A DNA stretch of 53,136 nucleotides, taken from positions 1 to 53,136 of the forward strand of contig JAUPLS010000045.1 of the NCBI GenBank assembly GCA_030836805.1, read 5' to 3'. The stretch is from Campylobacterota bacterium. GTDB taxonomy: Bacteria > Campylobacterota > Campylobacteria > Campylobacterales > Sulfurovaceae. Both the position numbers and the translations under genes were made by a program. Positions within the stretch are counted from its first letter, which is position 1; each line of letters opens with the position of its first letter. Positions 9,852-20,125 of the stretch are shown piece by piece. The notes under the pieces were generated by a model. The model saw nothing but the letters and a program-made list of their open reading frames with translations, was not told where the DNA came from and ran no database searches.

Positions 9852-10195
9852 GGCTGTTTTGCTTCCCTTGCTTGAATCTCATTTGTGGGATATTGTATCT
9901 GACTATTGCTAATTGCCTACTTTGCAACTATGCCAAAATAGTGATGCAAACCCCTGCAAAAGCAAAAAGCTGTTGTGTGGGTTTTATTGGCAGGAGGGAA
10001 TCGGACACCGCGGAAAAGCGAATACAGTAAGAGTGTTTTTAAAAAACGTACAGCCAAATAAGTCAACGGATTTCATTCGAACCAAAAAACTGGGGTATTG
10101 CATGATCGATTTGGGTTGGCGTTTTTAAAATTGATAAAAATCACAAATATTTATGATACAATAAAATAACTCAAACCAATAAAAGGAGTGTAACC

Positions 10196-10417
10196 ATGAA
10201 AAAGCTAAATATCAAACACATACTAGTCCTCGGCGGTGCCGCAGTATTGATAAGCGGATGCGCACAGGTTGGGCCCAGCACGAAAAAAGGCGCCTTGATA
10301 GGAGCAGGAACTGGGGCTGTTGTCTCTGGTGTAACCGGACATAACGTACTCAAAGGAGCAGCCATAGGCACAGCAGTGGGTGCAGGCATCGGATATCTTG
10401 AGGATGAAAAAAGATAA
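10196..10417 (+). CDS. Small glycine-zipper lipoprotein
   Basis: RBS AAGGAG; lipobox LISG|C; GALIGAGTGA...GAAIGTAVGAGIG glycine zipper; upstream TGaTACAAT at 10154-10162. Confidence 0.85.
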   Translation: MKKLNIKHILVLGGAAVLISGCAQVGPSTKKGALIGAGTGAVVSGVTGHNVLKGAAIGTAVGAGIGYLEDEKR

Positions 10418-10432
10418 TTTTTTTACAGTGTA

Positions 10433-10459
10433 AAGAGGCCGGTGCAATTCCGGCCTCTT
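10433..10459. terminator. Hairpin, probable intrinsic (possibly bidirectional) terminator between the lipoprotein gene and tRNA-Asn
   Basis: AAGAGGCCGG-tgcaatt-CCGGCCTCTT, perfect 10-bp stem. Confidence 0.75.
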
Positions 10460-10568
10460 AAAGCTATCACAATAAAAAAGCCTGAGTGAAGATGTAAAAT
10501 TATTTTGTTATGCTTGGTTGATTTATTATATATTATCGGAATCTGTTGTGTAAGGTTTTAAAGTGAAG

Positions 10569-10643
10569 TGGCTCCGGATACTGGATTCGAACCAGTGACC
10601 AAGTGATTAACAGTCACCTACTCTACCGCTGAGCTAATCCGGA
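10569..10643 (-). tRNA. tRNA-Asn (GTT)
   Basis: Reverse complement TCCGGATTAGCTCAGCGGTAGAGTAGGTGACTGTTAATCACTTGGTCACTGGTTCGAATCCAGTATCCGGAGCCA: cloverleaf, GTT anticodon, T-loop GTTCGAA, encoded CCA. Confidence 0.97.
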
Positions 10644-10684
10644 ATGGTTAAGAAAAAAGCTAAGGTGCTTGTTTCGTGGGTGAG

Positions 10685-10713
10685 ATTATAGTAAAAAACT
10701 TTTCAAAAGTCAA
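10685..10713 (-). promoter_or_regulatory. Sigma70 promoter of tRNA-Asn
   Basis: TTGACT-17 nt-TATAAT on the minus strand. Confidence 0.85.
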
Positions 10714-10792
10714 GAGTTTTCAAGATAAAATGTAAAAAATCACGCCATGACAAGCGCGATTTGCCAATACGGTACTTTCGCGGCGTATTGAC

Positions 10793-11827
10793 TTATTTTC
10801 TCCTGGATACATCTTGGCAGAGTTTTACAAAATATTTTGCATTCTCTACCGGAACATCAGGCAAGATACCGTGACCGAGATTGAAGATATGTCTTCCCTC
10901 TTTCATCGTATTTGCCAAAGACTCTACGCACTCCCTGGTCGCCTCCTGGGAATAAAGACGGCATGGCTCCATATTGCCCTGCAGAACATATCTGTCGCCC
11001 AGTTTTTCTTTTGCAAGCGCCATAGGCGTAGACCAGTCTACGCCGAACACATCGAAGTTTCCGTATACCTTGTCCAAAAAGGCAGGGATACCCTTAGGGA
11101 ACATGATAATCGGTATATGAGGATACTTTGCCTTGAGATAGTCAGCGATCTGCACCATATATTTCCATGAGAATTCATCATATTTGGCAGGCTCGATCGC
11201 TGCCGCCCAGCTGTCAAAGATCTGAACCACATCGATCCCGGCCTGTATCTGTTTTTCCATATAAAATTTCACCACTTCAGTGACTTTGGCTAAAATGCGG
11301 TGCAAAAGTTCAGGATCTGAGTACATCATTTTTTTGCAAATATTGTATGTCTTTGTCCCCTGTCCTTCTATCATATAGGTCGCCAATGTCCAAGGTGCCC
11401 CCGTAAATCCGATCAGCGCTTTGTCTTGTGCGAGCTGCTCTTTGATCAGTTTGATCGTTTCATACACATACGTCAGCTTGTTTGCTGCTGCTTCTGCACC
11501 AATAAGCGCATCAAGATCCTCTTGCGTTTCGATAGGGCTTTCAAAAACGGGCCCCTCCCCTGTCACAAAATCAAGCTTCATGCCCATTTCATTGGGGACG
11601 ACAAGAATATCTGAAAATAAAATCGCCGCATCCACATCCAAGATATCTACAGGCTGCAGCGTCACTTCACACGCCTTTTGGGGATCATGGCACAAATTTA
11701 AAAAATTTCCTGCTTGCGTTCTGACTGCCCTGTACTCAGGAAGATAACGGCCTGCTTGCCTCATCATCCAAACCGGAGTATAAGGTGTCTCTTTGCCCAA
11801 ACAGGCATCTACAAATATTTTACCCAT
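10793..11827 (-). CDS. hemE: Uroporphyrinogen decarboxylase
   Basis: [32 protein letters not shown]. Confidence 0.97.
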   Translation of the reverse strand: MGKIFVDACLGKETPYTPVWMMRQAGRYLPEYRAVRTQAGNFLNLCHDPQKACEVTLQPVDILDVDAAILFSDILVVPNEMGMKLDFVTGEGPVFESPIETQEDLDALIGAEAAANKLTYVYETIKLIKEQLAQDKALIGFTGAPWTLATYMIEGQGTKTYNICKKMMYSDPELLHRILAKVTEVVKFYMEKQIQAGIDVVQIFDSWAAAIEPAKYDEFSWKYMVQIADYLKAKYPHIPIIMFPKGIPAFLDKVYGNFDVFGVDWSTPMALAKEKLGDRYVLQGNMEPCRLYSQEATRECVESLANTMKEGRHIFNLGHGILPDVPVENAKYFVKLCQDVSRRK

Positions 11828-12342
11828 TAATGATTACCGCCTTTATGTAAAAAATAAAGCCCTACTGAAAGACCCAAAATAGAGACAGAGAAATAAAGCA
11901 TTTCCAAGGCGCCGTTATACTCTGTATGTAATACCCTTTGGAAGAAACTGACGATAAGCACCATGACGATTACCTTTGCCAGTTTATCTTTAAGCTCATC
12001 AAGCGAATGGATCTCAAGAATCTTCGAAGAAGCACTTTGTTTAGCAACATCGATATCAGAAATAAACAGTTCATACAGTCCAAAGCCAAAGATAAACATC
12101 ACGATAGCCATCAGGTACAAATCAATCGCACCGATCAATCCGCCCACAACCTCTTCATGGAAATGTTCAGGATGCAGATGATTGATATAAACGTCTACAA
12201 CACTGCCTATCACTCCCCATATGTCCATACTTGCAACCACAAAAAGCGTCACGCCTCCAAGCATACTGAAAATAACGGCCAAAAGTACGAAAAAACGTGT
12301 ATTCCAAAGAATACTTTCAAAAAATTGCTCAAGAAACTTCAT
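11827..12342 (-). CDS. YqhA/UPF0114 family membrane protein
   Basis: IDLYL...FGLYELFIS...[16 protein letters not shown], about 4 TM segments. Confidence 0.85.
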   Translation of the reverse strand: MKFLEQFFESILWNTRFFVLLAVIFSMLGGVTLFVVASMDIWGVIGSVVDVYINHLHPEHFHEEVVGGLIGAIDLYLMAIVMFIFGFGLYELFISDIDVAKQSASSKILEIHSLDELKDKLAKVIVMVLIVSFFQRVLHTEYNGALEMLYFSVSILGLSVGLYFLHKGGNH

Positions 12343-13373
12343 TAGTGCTCCAACTTAATCCATTTTTGAGCGATCCTCACGGCATTGGTCGCAGCACCTA
12401 CCCGTACCTGATCAGCCACACCCCAAAGATGCAGCATATTTTTTGCAAAAAGATCTTTTCTGATACGCCCCACATAAGTTTCATCGGTATCGGTTGCTAT
12501 GGTAGGCATCGGGTATTCGCCTTTTTCAAGGTTGTCTATAACAACAACGTTTTCAAAAGCCGCCAAAGCCTCTCTGGCTTTTTGCACATCCACATCAACA
12601 TTCTCTTCAAAAGTAATCGTGATGGACTCACTATGGCTTCTGAGTACAGGGACGCGTACGCATGTTGCAGAGACAGCGATGTTTGAATGCATGATTTTGT
12701 TTGTTTCGTTCACCATTTTCATCTCTTCTTTGGTGTAACCGTTGGGTTGGGCCACATCAATTTGGGGAATGACATTGAGCGCGATTCTGTGCGCAAACGC
12801 TTCCACTTTGGCTTGGTCTAAAGAGAAATTGAAAAAAGCCTGCATCTGCATGACCAACTCTTCCATTCCTTTTTTTCCCGCTCCGCTTACTGCCTGATAG
12901 GTGCTCACATCTACTCTTTTGATCCCGTAAAGATCATGAAGCGGTTTAAGGAGGTGCACCATCTGAATAGTAGAGCAGTTAGGATTGGCGATGATTCCCG
13001 TCTCTTCCCAGAGCTTGATATCTTCAGGATTTACCTCAGGCACCACCAATGGTATTTTTGGATCCATTCTAAAATGTGAAGTGTTGTCAATGACGACTGC
13101 CCCTGCTTCAACGGCATATTGTGCGTATTTTGCGGAGATACTCCCGCCCGCCGAGAAAAAAGCAATATCGATATCTCTTCCCTCAAACACTTCAGGCGTC
13201 AGCTCCTCTATGCGGTAAACTTCCCCCTGGCACTCTATCTCCTCTCCTGCACTTCTTGCGCTTGCCAGCGGCAAAATATCGTTGATAGGAAATTTCACTT
13301 CCTCCAATACTCTAAAAATTTCTTCACCCACCGCACCGGAGGCACCTACAACAGCAACATTATATTTTTTCAT
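12342..13373 (-). CDS. asd: Aspartate-semialdehyde dehydrogenase
   Basis: VGASGAVG, IIANPNCSTIQ, STYQAVSGAG, CVRVPVLRSHSE. Confidence 0.97.
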   Translation of the reverse strand: MKKYNVAVVGASGAVGEEIFRVLEEVKFPINDILPLASARSAGEEIECQGEVYRIEELTPEVFEGRDIDIAFFSAGGSISAKYAQYAVEAGAVVIDNTSHFRMDPKIPLVVPEVNPEDIKLWEETGIIANPNCSTIQMVHLLKPLHDLYGIKRVDVSTYQAVSGAGKKGMEELVMQMQAFFNFSLDQAKVEAFAHRIALNVIPQIDVAQPNGYTKEEMKMVNETNKIMHSNIAVSATCVRVPVLRSHSESITITFEENVDVDVQKAREALAAFENVVVIDNLEKGEYPMPTIATDTDETYVGRIRKDLFAKNMLHLWGVADQVRVGAATNAVRIAQKWIKLEH

Positions 13374-13375
13374 TC

Positions 13376-15868
13376 TTATAATCCTAGTGTATTATTTGTA
13401 TTTTCTTCATTTTCATCGTCGCTGGGCTCTTCTTCTTTGGAACACTTGGCGATACTTACGACCTTGTCTTCTTTTTCTACATTGACGATCTTGACGCCTG
13501 AGGTATTTCTTCCGGCTTTGCGGATCGTTTCCATGTCTACACGGATCATTTTTCCGATACTGGTCAGACACATCAAATCTTTGTCTTCTTCCACAAACAC
13601 CACACCAATCACATCGCCTGTTTTAGGCGTCAGCTTCATAGAGATAACCCCTTTCCCTGCTCTGTTCTGCTCGCGGTATTCGCTGGCCGTCGTACGTTTT
13701 CCAAGGCCTTTTTCACTGATCATGAGCAATTCGTCTTCTTCGTTTTCAATCGTTGTCGCACCGCACACATAATCCCCTGCAATCTTAAACTTGATCGCCG
13801 TGACTCCTCTTGCTACCCTGCCGATCTCTCTTGCTTCTTCTACTTTAAATCGTATACAAAGACCCTTTTTCGTAGCAACAAAAAGCCATTTGGTATCAGG
13901 CTTGACAATCTTGGCTTCCACAAGCTCATCATCCTCATCAAGATTGATCGCTCTGACGCCGTTGCTTCTGATGTTTGCATACTCTGAAAGGTTTGTTCTC
14001 TTGACAATACCGTTTTTCGTAAAGAATACCAAACCTTTATCTGCATCAAAATCCGTCGTCGGAATAATCGCCATGATCTTCTCGTCTTGTTCAAGATTGA
14101 CAAGGTTGACTACTGCTTTGCCTTTGGCTGTACGGCTTCCTTCAGGGATGCGGTATACTTTAAGCCAATAGAGCTGGCCTTTGTCGGTAACAAACATCAG
14201 CGTATCGTGGGTATTGGAAATAAAGAAACGCTCGATAAAGTCATCTTCATGAGTAGTAACGGCGATCTTTCCTTTTCCTCCCCGGTGTTGCTTTTCATAC
14301 GATTTGACCGGTACACGCTTAATGTATCCGCGGTGTGTAATCGTCACTACCATCGGCTCATCAGGAATAAGATCTTCAATATCTATATCATCATAGTCAT
14401 CTATAATCTCCGTACGGCGTGGCGTAGTATATTTTTCACCGATCTCTATAAGCTCTGCTTTGATGATTTGATTGATCTTTTCTTCACTTTTTAAAATATT
14501 TTCGAGCTCTTCGATGAGTCTTTTGAGTTCAGCAAGTTCATTTTCGATCTTTTCGATCTCAAGGCCTGTTAAACGTCTTAGCCTCATCTCCAAAATTGCT
14601 TTGGCTTGAATCTCTGAAAGCTCAAATCGCCCCATCAGGCTCTCTTTGGCCTCAGTATCGTCATTGCTCGCACGAATGATCTTGATCACTTCATCGATGT
14701 TGTCTACAGCGATTTTGAGGCCTTCTAGGATATGGGCTCTTGCTCTTGCTTTTTCAAGGTCAAAAATAGTTCTGCGAATTACAACGGTTTTTCTGTGCTT
14801 CAAGAAAAGATCAAAAAGTTCTAAAAGAGTAAAGACTTTTGGTTCTTTGTTGGTAATAGCAAGCATGATGATACCAAAGGTTACCTGCATCTGTGTGCTT
14901 TTCAAAAGATTATTGAGAACAATCTCGCTCATTGCATCACGCTTGAGCTCCATCACAACACGGATACCCTCCCGGTCGGATTCGTCTCTGATCTCAGAAA
15001 TACCTTCGATATGCTTCTCGCGGACCAACTGGGCGATGTTTTCAATCAATCTTGCTTTGTTTACCTGATAAGGAAGCTCATCGATCACGATAATTTCTCT
15101 GTTTCCCTTCTCTTCTATATGTGTCTTGGCGCGCACTTTGATGCGTCCGCGTCCTGTTGTATAGGCATCAGTAATCCCTTTTCGCCCAAAGATGATACCT
15201 CCGGTCGGAAAATCAGGCCCCTGCACTTTGCCCATCATATCTTCAACGGTGGATTTAGGATCATCAATACGCAAGATCAACGCCTCAATGAGTTCATCCA
15301 GACGGTGCGGAGGAATATTGGTGGCCATACCTACAGCGATACCGGAGCTTCCGTTAAGAAGGAGGTTTGGTACGCGCGAAGGCAGTACATCAGGTTCGCT
15401 CATGGAGTCATCATAGTTGGGCACAAAGTCAACCGTGTCTTTTTCCAGATCACTTAAAAGATCTTCAGCGATTTTTGTCATCCGCGCTTCGGTATATCTC
15501 ATTGCAGCGGCGCTGTCTCCATCGACAGATCCAAAGTTTCCTTGCCCGTCTATCAACGGTGCTTGCATCGAAAAATCCTGAGCCATACGCACAAGCGCAT
15601 CATACACTGCCGTATCTCCGTGCGGGTGATACTTACCGATCACATCCCCGACGATACGCGCGGATTTTTTATAGGGATTTCTGTGAGAAAGATTGAGTTC
15701 ATTCATCGCATAGAGTATTCTACGGTGTACCGGTTTAAGCCCGTCTCTGGCATCAGGCAATGCTCTACCGATAATCACACTCATCGAATAGTCAAGATAG
15801 CTTGATTTGATACTGTCTTCTATCAGCACCTCTTCAATATTGTTTTGATCTTCAAACAAATCACTCAT
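13376..15868 (-). CDS. gyrA: DNA gyrase subunit A
   Basis: [38 protein letters not shown], GyrA box QHRGGKG. Confidence 0.98.
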   Translation of the reverse strand: MSDLFEDQNNIEEVLIEDSIKSSYLDYSMSVIIGRALPDARDGLKPVHRRILYAMNELNLSHRNPYKKSARIVGDVIGKYHPHGDTAVYDALVRMAQDFSMQAPLIDGQGNFGSVDGDSAAAMRYTEARMTKIAEDLLSDLEKDTVDFVPNYDDSMSEPDVLPSRVPNLLLNGSSGIAVGMATNIPPHRLDELIEALILRIDDPKSTVEDMMGKVQGPDFPTGGIIFGRKGITDAYTTGRGRIKVRAKTHIEEKGNREIIVIDELPYQVNKARLIENIAQLVREKHIEGISEIRDESDREGIRVVMELKRDAMSEIVLNNLLKSTQMQVTFGIIMLAITNKEPKVFTLLELFDLFLKHRKTVVIRRTIFDLEKARARAHILEGLKIAVDNIDEVIKIIRASNDDTEAKESLMGRFELSEIQAKAILEMRLRRLTGLEIEKIENELAELKRLIEELENILKSEEKINQIIKAELIEIGEKYTTPRRTEIIDDYDDIDIEDLIPDEPMVVTITHRGYIKRVPVKSYEKQHRGGKGKIAVTTHEDDFIERFFISNTHDTLMFVTDKGQLYWLKVYRIPEGSRTAKGKAVVNLVNLEQDEKIMAIIPTTDFDADKGLVFFTKNGIVKRTNLSEYANIRSNGVRAINLDEDDELVEAKIVKPDTKWLFVATKKGLCIRFKVEEAREIGRVARGVTAIKFKIAGDYVCGATTIENEEDELLMISEKGLGKRTTASEYREQNRAGKGVISMKLTPKTGDVIGVVFVEEDKDLMCLTSIGKMIRVDMETIRKAGRNTSGVKIVNVEKEDKVVSIAKCSKEEEPSDDENEENTNNTLGL

Positions 15869-16037
15869 TAGACTTCCTTATACTTTACAAAAAATTGGAT
15901 TATTATAGCTTAGAGTTGGGACAAAACTACTTAAAAGAAGGCTTTATGACGTTACTTGGGGCTTCAAATGAGGATTTAACACATTTTTAACATACTTCAT
16001 CTATAATGGCATTTCTATTTAAAAAACAGGACAAAAT

Positions 16038-16490
16038 ATGCCTATCGAAGAGATAAAAAATATCATTGATTATGGAATCATCGGCTTGCTTGGCGTGCTT
16101 AGCTTCTTCACCTTTGCTTTTGCCATCGAAAGAGTACTCTGCTATCGATCTATCAAGCTCTCCAATTATCGCAACAAAACCGCTTTGGAGCTTGATTTGT
16201 CCAAACATTTGGCTACCATCGCTTCCATAGGTTCCAATGCACCCTATATCGGCCTTCTAGGTACGGTTTTGGCTATCATTCTTACATTTTATATCGTCGG
16301 TGAACAACAAGATACGATCAACCCCGGTGAGATCATGAAACACCTTGCCTTGGCGCTCAAAGCTACCGCGGCAGGACTCTTTGTTGCTATTCCGGCCACA
16401 GTCATCTACAATGCACTGCTTGCCAAAACAGATACTATTTTGGCACGATGGGAGATACACCAAGAGCAAGAAGGCAATACACGCGCATGA
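16038..16490 (+). CDS. exbB: ExbB (MotA/TolQ/ExbB family)
   Basis: IGSNAPYIGLLGTV, ALKATAAGLFVAIPA. Confidence 0.93.
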   Translation: MPIEEIKNIIDYGIIGLLGVLSFFTFAFAIERVLCYRSIKLSNYRNKTALELDLSKHLATIASIGSNAPYIGLLGTVLAIILTFYIVGEQQDTINPGEIMKHLALALKATAAGLFVAIPATVIYNALLAKTDTILARWEIHQEQEGNTRA

Positions 16491-16864
16491 GACGTGAACG
16501 CTTTGACAAAATGAATGTCGTTCCTTTTATCGATATCGTGCTTGTGCTCTTGGTGATCGTATTGGCTACGGCTACTTTTGTTGTTAACCAAACCATTAAA
16601 GTCGATCTGCCTACAGCCAGTTCCGAAGTAAACGAAGAGAGAAAAAGCATCCATATCGCTATCAATAAAGAAGGGGAGTATTTTTACGAAAATGAGATGC
16701 TTGAGTTTGAAATAGTCAAAGAGAAGCTTCTCAAACTGGACCCCAAAAAAGACCTTATCTCTCTACATACAGACAAAGAGACGCAATTTCAAAAGTTTGT
16801 AGATATCATCGATATTCTCAAAACAAAAGGGTTTGAAAATATCTCTGTCGTTACAAAAAAGTAA
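16487..16864 (+). CDS. exbD: ExbD
   Basis: MNVVPFIDIVLVLLVIVL; start placed at the ATG overlapping the exbB stop (ATGA). Confidence 0.92.
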   Translation: MRRERFDKMNVVPFIDIVLVLLVIVLATATFVVNQTIKVDLPTASSEVNEERKSIHIAINKEGEYFYENEMLEFEIVKEKLLKLDPKKDLISLHTDKETQFQKFVDIIDILKTKGFENISVVTKK

Positions 16865-16909
16865 ACACATAAAAGCATTACGCACAACAAAGGTATCTGT
16901 GTTTTCTTT

Positions 16910-17227
16910 TTATTCTGTCATCATCGCATAAGGCCTCTGCAGCTTCCGGGTAAGCTGATGGAGGCTTACCGCTCTTCCTTCTCTGGCAAATTCCCTTCCG
17001 TCCATAAAAATGATCATTGTCGGTATCGAAAAGACTTGAAAATGTGCAGAAATCTCAAGATTTTCATGGGCATCAAGATAGATTTGTTTAAGCAGCGGAA
17101 AATGCACATCAGCCATCTCTTTTACCTTCGGTTTAAGCGCATGGCATACACTGCAGTGTTCGCCTGAAAAATAAAGCAGCACCCCTGCCTCTTTTGCGAT
17201 ACTCTCTTGCAGTTTCTCCAAGGTCAT
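16910..17227 (-). CDS. Thioredoxin family protein
   Basis: CSVC active site, FSIPT cis-Pro motif, 105 aa. Confidence 0.88.
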   Translation of the reverse strand: MTLEKLQESIAKEAGVLLYFSGEHCSVCHALKPKVKEMADVHFPLLKQIYLDAHENLEISAHFQVFSIPTMIIFMDGREFAREGRAVSLHQLTRKLQRPYAMMTE

Positions 17228-17347
17228 TTTTTTCCTTTGTTTGTTTTTTCTTTTTTAATTTTCATTTTTGAAAAAACTATTGTTTTTTTGCAGCATTATA
17301 ACCAATCTTGCAACGCCTAAACGGCTGTTTGCTGTTTTCAATGAATT

Positions 17348-17418
17348 AAAACACCTGATGAGATCATAAACCAGGGTGACTGACGTGGGGCCTAATAACT
17401 GAATTGTTCAGAAGGTTC
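17348..17418 (-). ncRNA. Candidate small RNA, family not recognised
   Basis: Minus-strand TATAAT at 17425-17430, then about 70 nt ending in a CACCCTGGT/ATCAGGTG stem and TTTT; no ORF with an RBS. Confidence 0.25.
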
Positions 17419-17535
17419 GATTTTATTATAACCCTTTTGTTATATCTTGCCGGCGCAGCAGAACCGCTTTGAAAAAACTTAAGTCAAAGCGGGGTATAAT
17501 GCCGTCAACAACTATACACAGCAAGGACAAATAAG

Positions 17536-18273
17536 ATGGGTAGAGCGTTTGAATACCGAAAAGCAGCAAAATTAAAACGATGGGGAACGATGTCTAAAGT
17601 TTTCCCTAAATTAGGAAAACTAATCACTATGGCCGCCAAAGACGGCGGGCCGGACCCGGATATGAACCCCAAGCTTCGTACTGCTATCCTCAATGCCAAA
17701 GCGCAAAATATGCCAAAAGACAACATCGAAGCAGCCATCAAAAGAGCATCAGGCAAAGATGCAGCAGATATCAAAGAGATAAGCTATGAGGCAAAAGCTT
17801 CTCATGGTGTGCTGCTTTTTATTGAATGCGCTACAGACAACCACACAAGAACGGTTGCAAATGTCAAAGCGATACTCAACAGAAACAAGGGAGAGATGCT
17901 CACAAGCGGCTCTCTTGACTTTATGTTTACGCGCAAATCGGTCTTTGTCTTTGACAAAAAGGAAGGCATGGATATCGAAGAGCTCGAGCTTGAACTCATA
18001 GATTTTGGCCTGGAAGAGATAGAAGAAGACAAGGAGCCTCAAGAAAATGAAAGCGACAAAGAGATCGTGAGAATTTACGGCGCATTTACTGCCTTTGGAG
18101 AATTAACCAAAGCGCTTGAAGAAAGAGGGATTGAGATCACCAAAGCAGAAATTCAGCGTATCGCCAACACCCCTATTGAACTCAACGATAAACAGCTCGC
18201 AGAAGTAGAGGCGCTCATCGATAAACTAGAAGATGACGATGACGTTCAGACAGTCTATACCAATATCGAATAA
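17536..18273 (+). CDS. yebC: YebC/PmpR family protein
   Basis: [53 protein letters not shown]; TATAAT at 17495-17500. Confidence 0.95.
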   Translation: MGRAFEYRKAAKLKRWGTMSKVFPKLGKLITMAAKDGGPDPDMNPKLRTAILNAKAQNMPKDNIEAAIKRASGKDAADIKEISYEAKASHGVLLFIECATDNHTRTVANVKAILNRNKGEMLTSGSLDFMFTRKSVFVFDKKEGMDIEELELELIDFGLEEIEEDKEPQENESDKEIVRIYGAFTAFGELTKALEERGIEITKAEIQRIANTPIELNDKQLAEVEALIDKLEDDDDVQTVYTNIE

Positions 18274-18281
18274 ATACCTAC

Positions 18282-18309
18282 ATCCTCCTGCCGTATGACA
18301 GGAGAGGAT
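18282..18309. terminator. Hairpin between convergent yebC and ABC-F genes
   Basis: ATCCTCCTG-ccgtatga-CAGGAGAGGAT bulged stem followed by a T-rich stretch. Confidence 0.55.
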
Positions 18310-18337
18310 ATCTTCTTTCTTTTAATTTGCAGAATAT

Positions 18338-19939
18338 TTAACAGTGATTGCCGTATGTTTCGACAAAGGCTTCATAGTCTCCCTCAAAATCGATCATACT
18401 GCCGTCTTCGCACAACTTGATAATTCTGTTGGCAAAAGCATCGATAAGTTCCCTGTCATGAGAGACACAAATCACTCCGCCTTGATAATTATGGAGTGCT
18501 TCTCCCAGTGCCACAATCGCCTCAAGGTCAAGATGGTTGTTGGGTTCATCAAGTACAAGAAAATTGGCGCTGTCCATCATCATCTTGCTTAACATGATAC
18601 GATGCTTCTCTCCGCCGGAACAGCTTCCCACTTTTTTCTTTTGTTCTTCTCCGGTGAAAAGCATACGCCCCAAACACTTACGAAGATCATCAATATGCCA
18701 TTTAGGGTCATGAGACTGCAGCCACTGAGGAAGCTCTTCATCTCCCGTAACAATATCAGTCGTATTTTGAGGAAAATAACTTGTTGTGATCGTCTGTCCC
18801 CATGTAAAATTTCCGCTGTCTGGTTTAATTTTTTCCATAAGGATCTCAAGCAGGGTAGTTTTGCCCGCACCATTGGAGCCGATAAGCGCCACTTTGTCAT
18901 CACGCTTGAGCGTAAACGAGATATTTTCCAAGACTTTTTCTTCACCGTAGCTTTTACAAAGATCTTTCACATCAAGCACTTCGTTTCCGATCTCGCGATG
19001 CGGCTTGAACATGATGGAGGGGTCTCTTCTGCTTGAGAGTTTTATCTCACTGATGTCAAGCTTCTCCAACTGTTTTTGTCGGCTTGTTGCCTGTTTTGCT
19101 TTAGAGGCATTGGCAGAAAATCTTGCAATAAATTTTTCAAGCTCTTCTTTCTCTTTGAGTGCTTTGCTTCTGTCTGTCTCGGCTTGTTTTGACAAAAGGT
19201 TCGCTGCGATATACCAATCATCATAATTGCCTGTGAATTCACGAATATTTTGAAAATCAAGATCAAGGATATGTGTTACCACCCCATTGAGAAAATGTCT
19301 GTCATGGGAGATAACCACCATGGTTCCCTCATGACGCTTAAGTTCATTTTCAAGCCATGCGATGGTCTCCATATCCAGGTTGTTCGTGGGCTCATCAAGC
19401 AGCAATACGTCAGGCTTCAAGAAAAGAACCTGCGCAAGCAAGATTTTAAACTTATCCCCGCCTGTCAGGGAGCTCATCAGTTGTTCATGCCGGCTTGCAG
19501 GAAACCCCAAAGACTCAAGAAGCTTTTCTATCTTGACTTCGCTCTCGTAGGTGGGGTCTTCATCGGCGCAAATCATTTCAAGTTCGGCCAGGCGGTTATT
19601 AACCGCATCGCTCTCAAAATCGCCTTCCATATAGAGTTTTTCTTTCTCTTTTTGTGCATCAAAAAGCTTTTTATTGCCATAAAGCACGGCATCTTTGAGG
19701 GTAAAACTCTCAAAAGCATACTGGTTTTGGCTCAATACGCCCAATTTAAGCCCCGGCTGAAGCTGCACCTCTCCTTCGCTTGGCTCAATTTCCCCTGAGA
19801 GAATTTTGATAAAAGTCGATTTTCCTGCACCATTCGCACCGATAAGGCCGTATCTTTTTCCTGCATCTAAAGTGATGTTTATTTTATCAAAAAGCACTCG
19901 CTTTCCGTAACGCTGCGTAAGGTTGACCGTACTTAACAC
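18338..19939 (-). CDS. ABC-F family ATP-binding protein (YbiT-like)
   Basis: Two ABC domains (GANGAGKST, LLLDEPTNNLD; GSNGAGKTT, LVLDEPNNHLD), no TM segments; start moved to GTG at 19939 behind the AAGGAGAGG RBS. Confidence 0.92.
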   Translation of the reverse strand: MLSTVNLTQRYGKRVLFDKINITLDAGKRYGLIGANGAGKSTFIKILSGEIEPSEGEVQLQPGLKLGVLSQNQYAFESFTLKDAVLYGNKKLFDAQKEKEKLYMEGDFESDAVNNRLAELEMICADEDPTYESEVKIEKLLESLGFPASRHEQLMSSLTGGDKFKILLAQVLFLKPDVLLLDEPTNNLDMETIAWLENELKRHEGTMVVISHDRHFLNGVVTHILDLDFQNIREFTGNYDDWYIAANLLSKQAETDRSKALKEKEELEKFIARFSANASKAKQATSRQKQLEKLDISEIKLSSRRDPSIMFKPHREIGNEVLDVKDLCKSYGEEKVLENISFTLKRDDKVALIGSNGAGKTTLLEILMEKIKPDSGNFTWGQTITTSYFPQNTTDIVTGDEELPQWLQSHDPKWHIDDLRKCLGRMLFTGEEQKKKVGSCSGGEKHRIMLSKMMMDSANFLVLDEPNNHLDLEAIVALGEALHNYQGGVICVSHDRELIDAFANRIIKLCEDGSMIDFEGDYEAFVETYGNHC

Positions 19940-20125
19940 ATCCTCTCCTTCTATAAATCTAGATAATTTATGGAATTTTAGCATAATGTACTGAAACTAG
20001 TTTAAGTACCGGCTTTGGCCACCCTATCCCGCTTTTTTAAGCGAGGCCAATCTATCTCTTACTATGCTGCATCCCAAATTGTATCAAAAAAAAAGGGGGG
20101 GGTATTTTTTTACAAATTATCCTTT

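Noticed and set aside
10420-10643. tRNA-Asn as a genomic-island attachment site
   Set aside because: No integrase and no duplicated tRNA 3' end seen in the window.
13119-15805. Several plus-strand ORFs of 74-217 aa
   Set aside because: Shadows of asd and gyrA, with the Ser/Leu/Phe-rich composition typical of antisense frames.
17340-17430. Hammerhead ribozyme (CTGATGAG), ZTP riboswitch (GTGACTGACG) or 6S RNA
   Set aside because: Only isolated core words match; the required stems and partner motifs could not be built.
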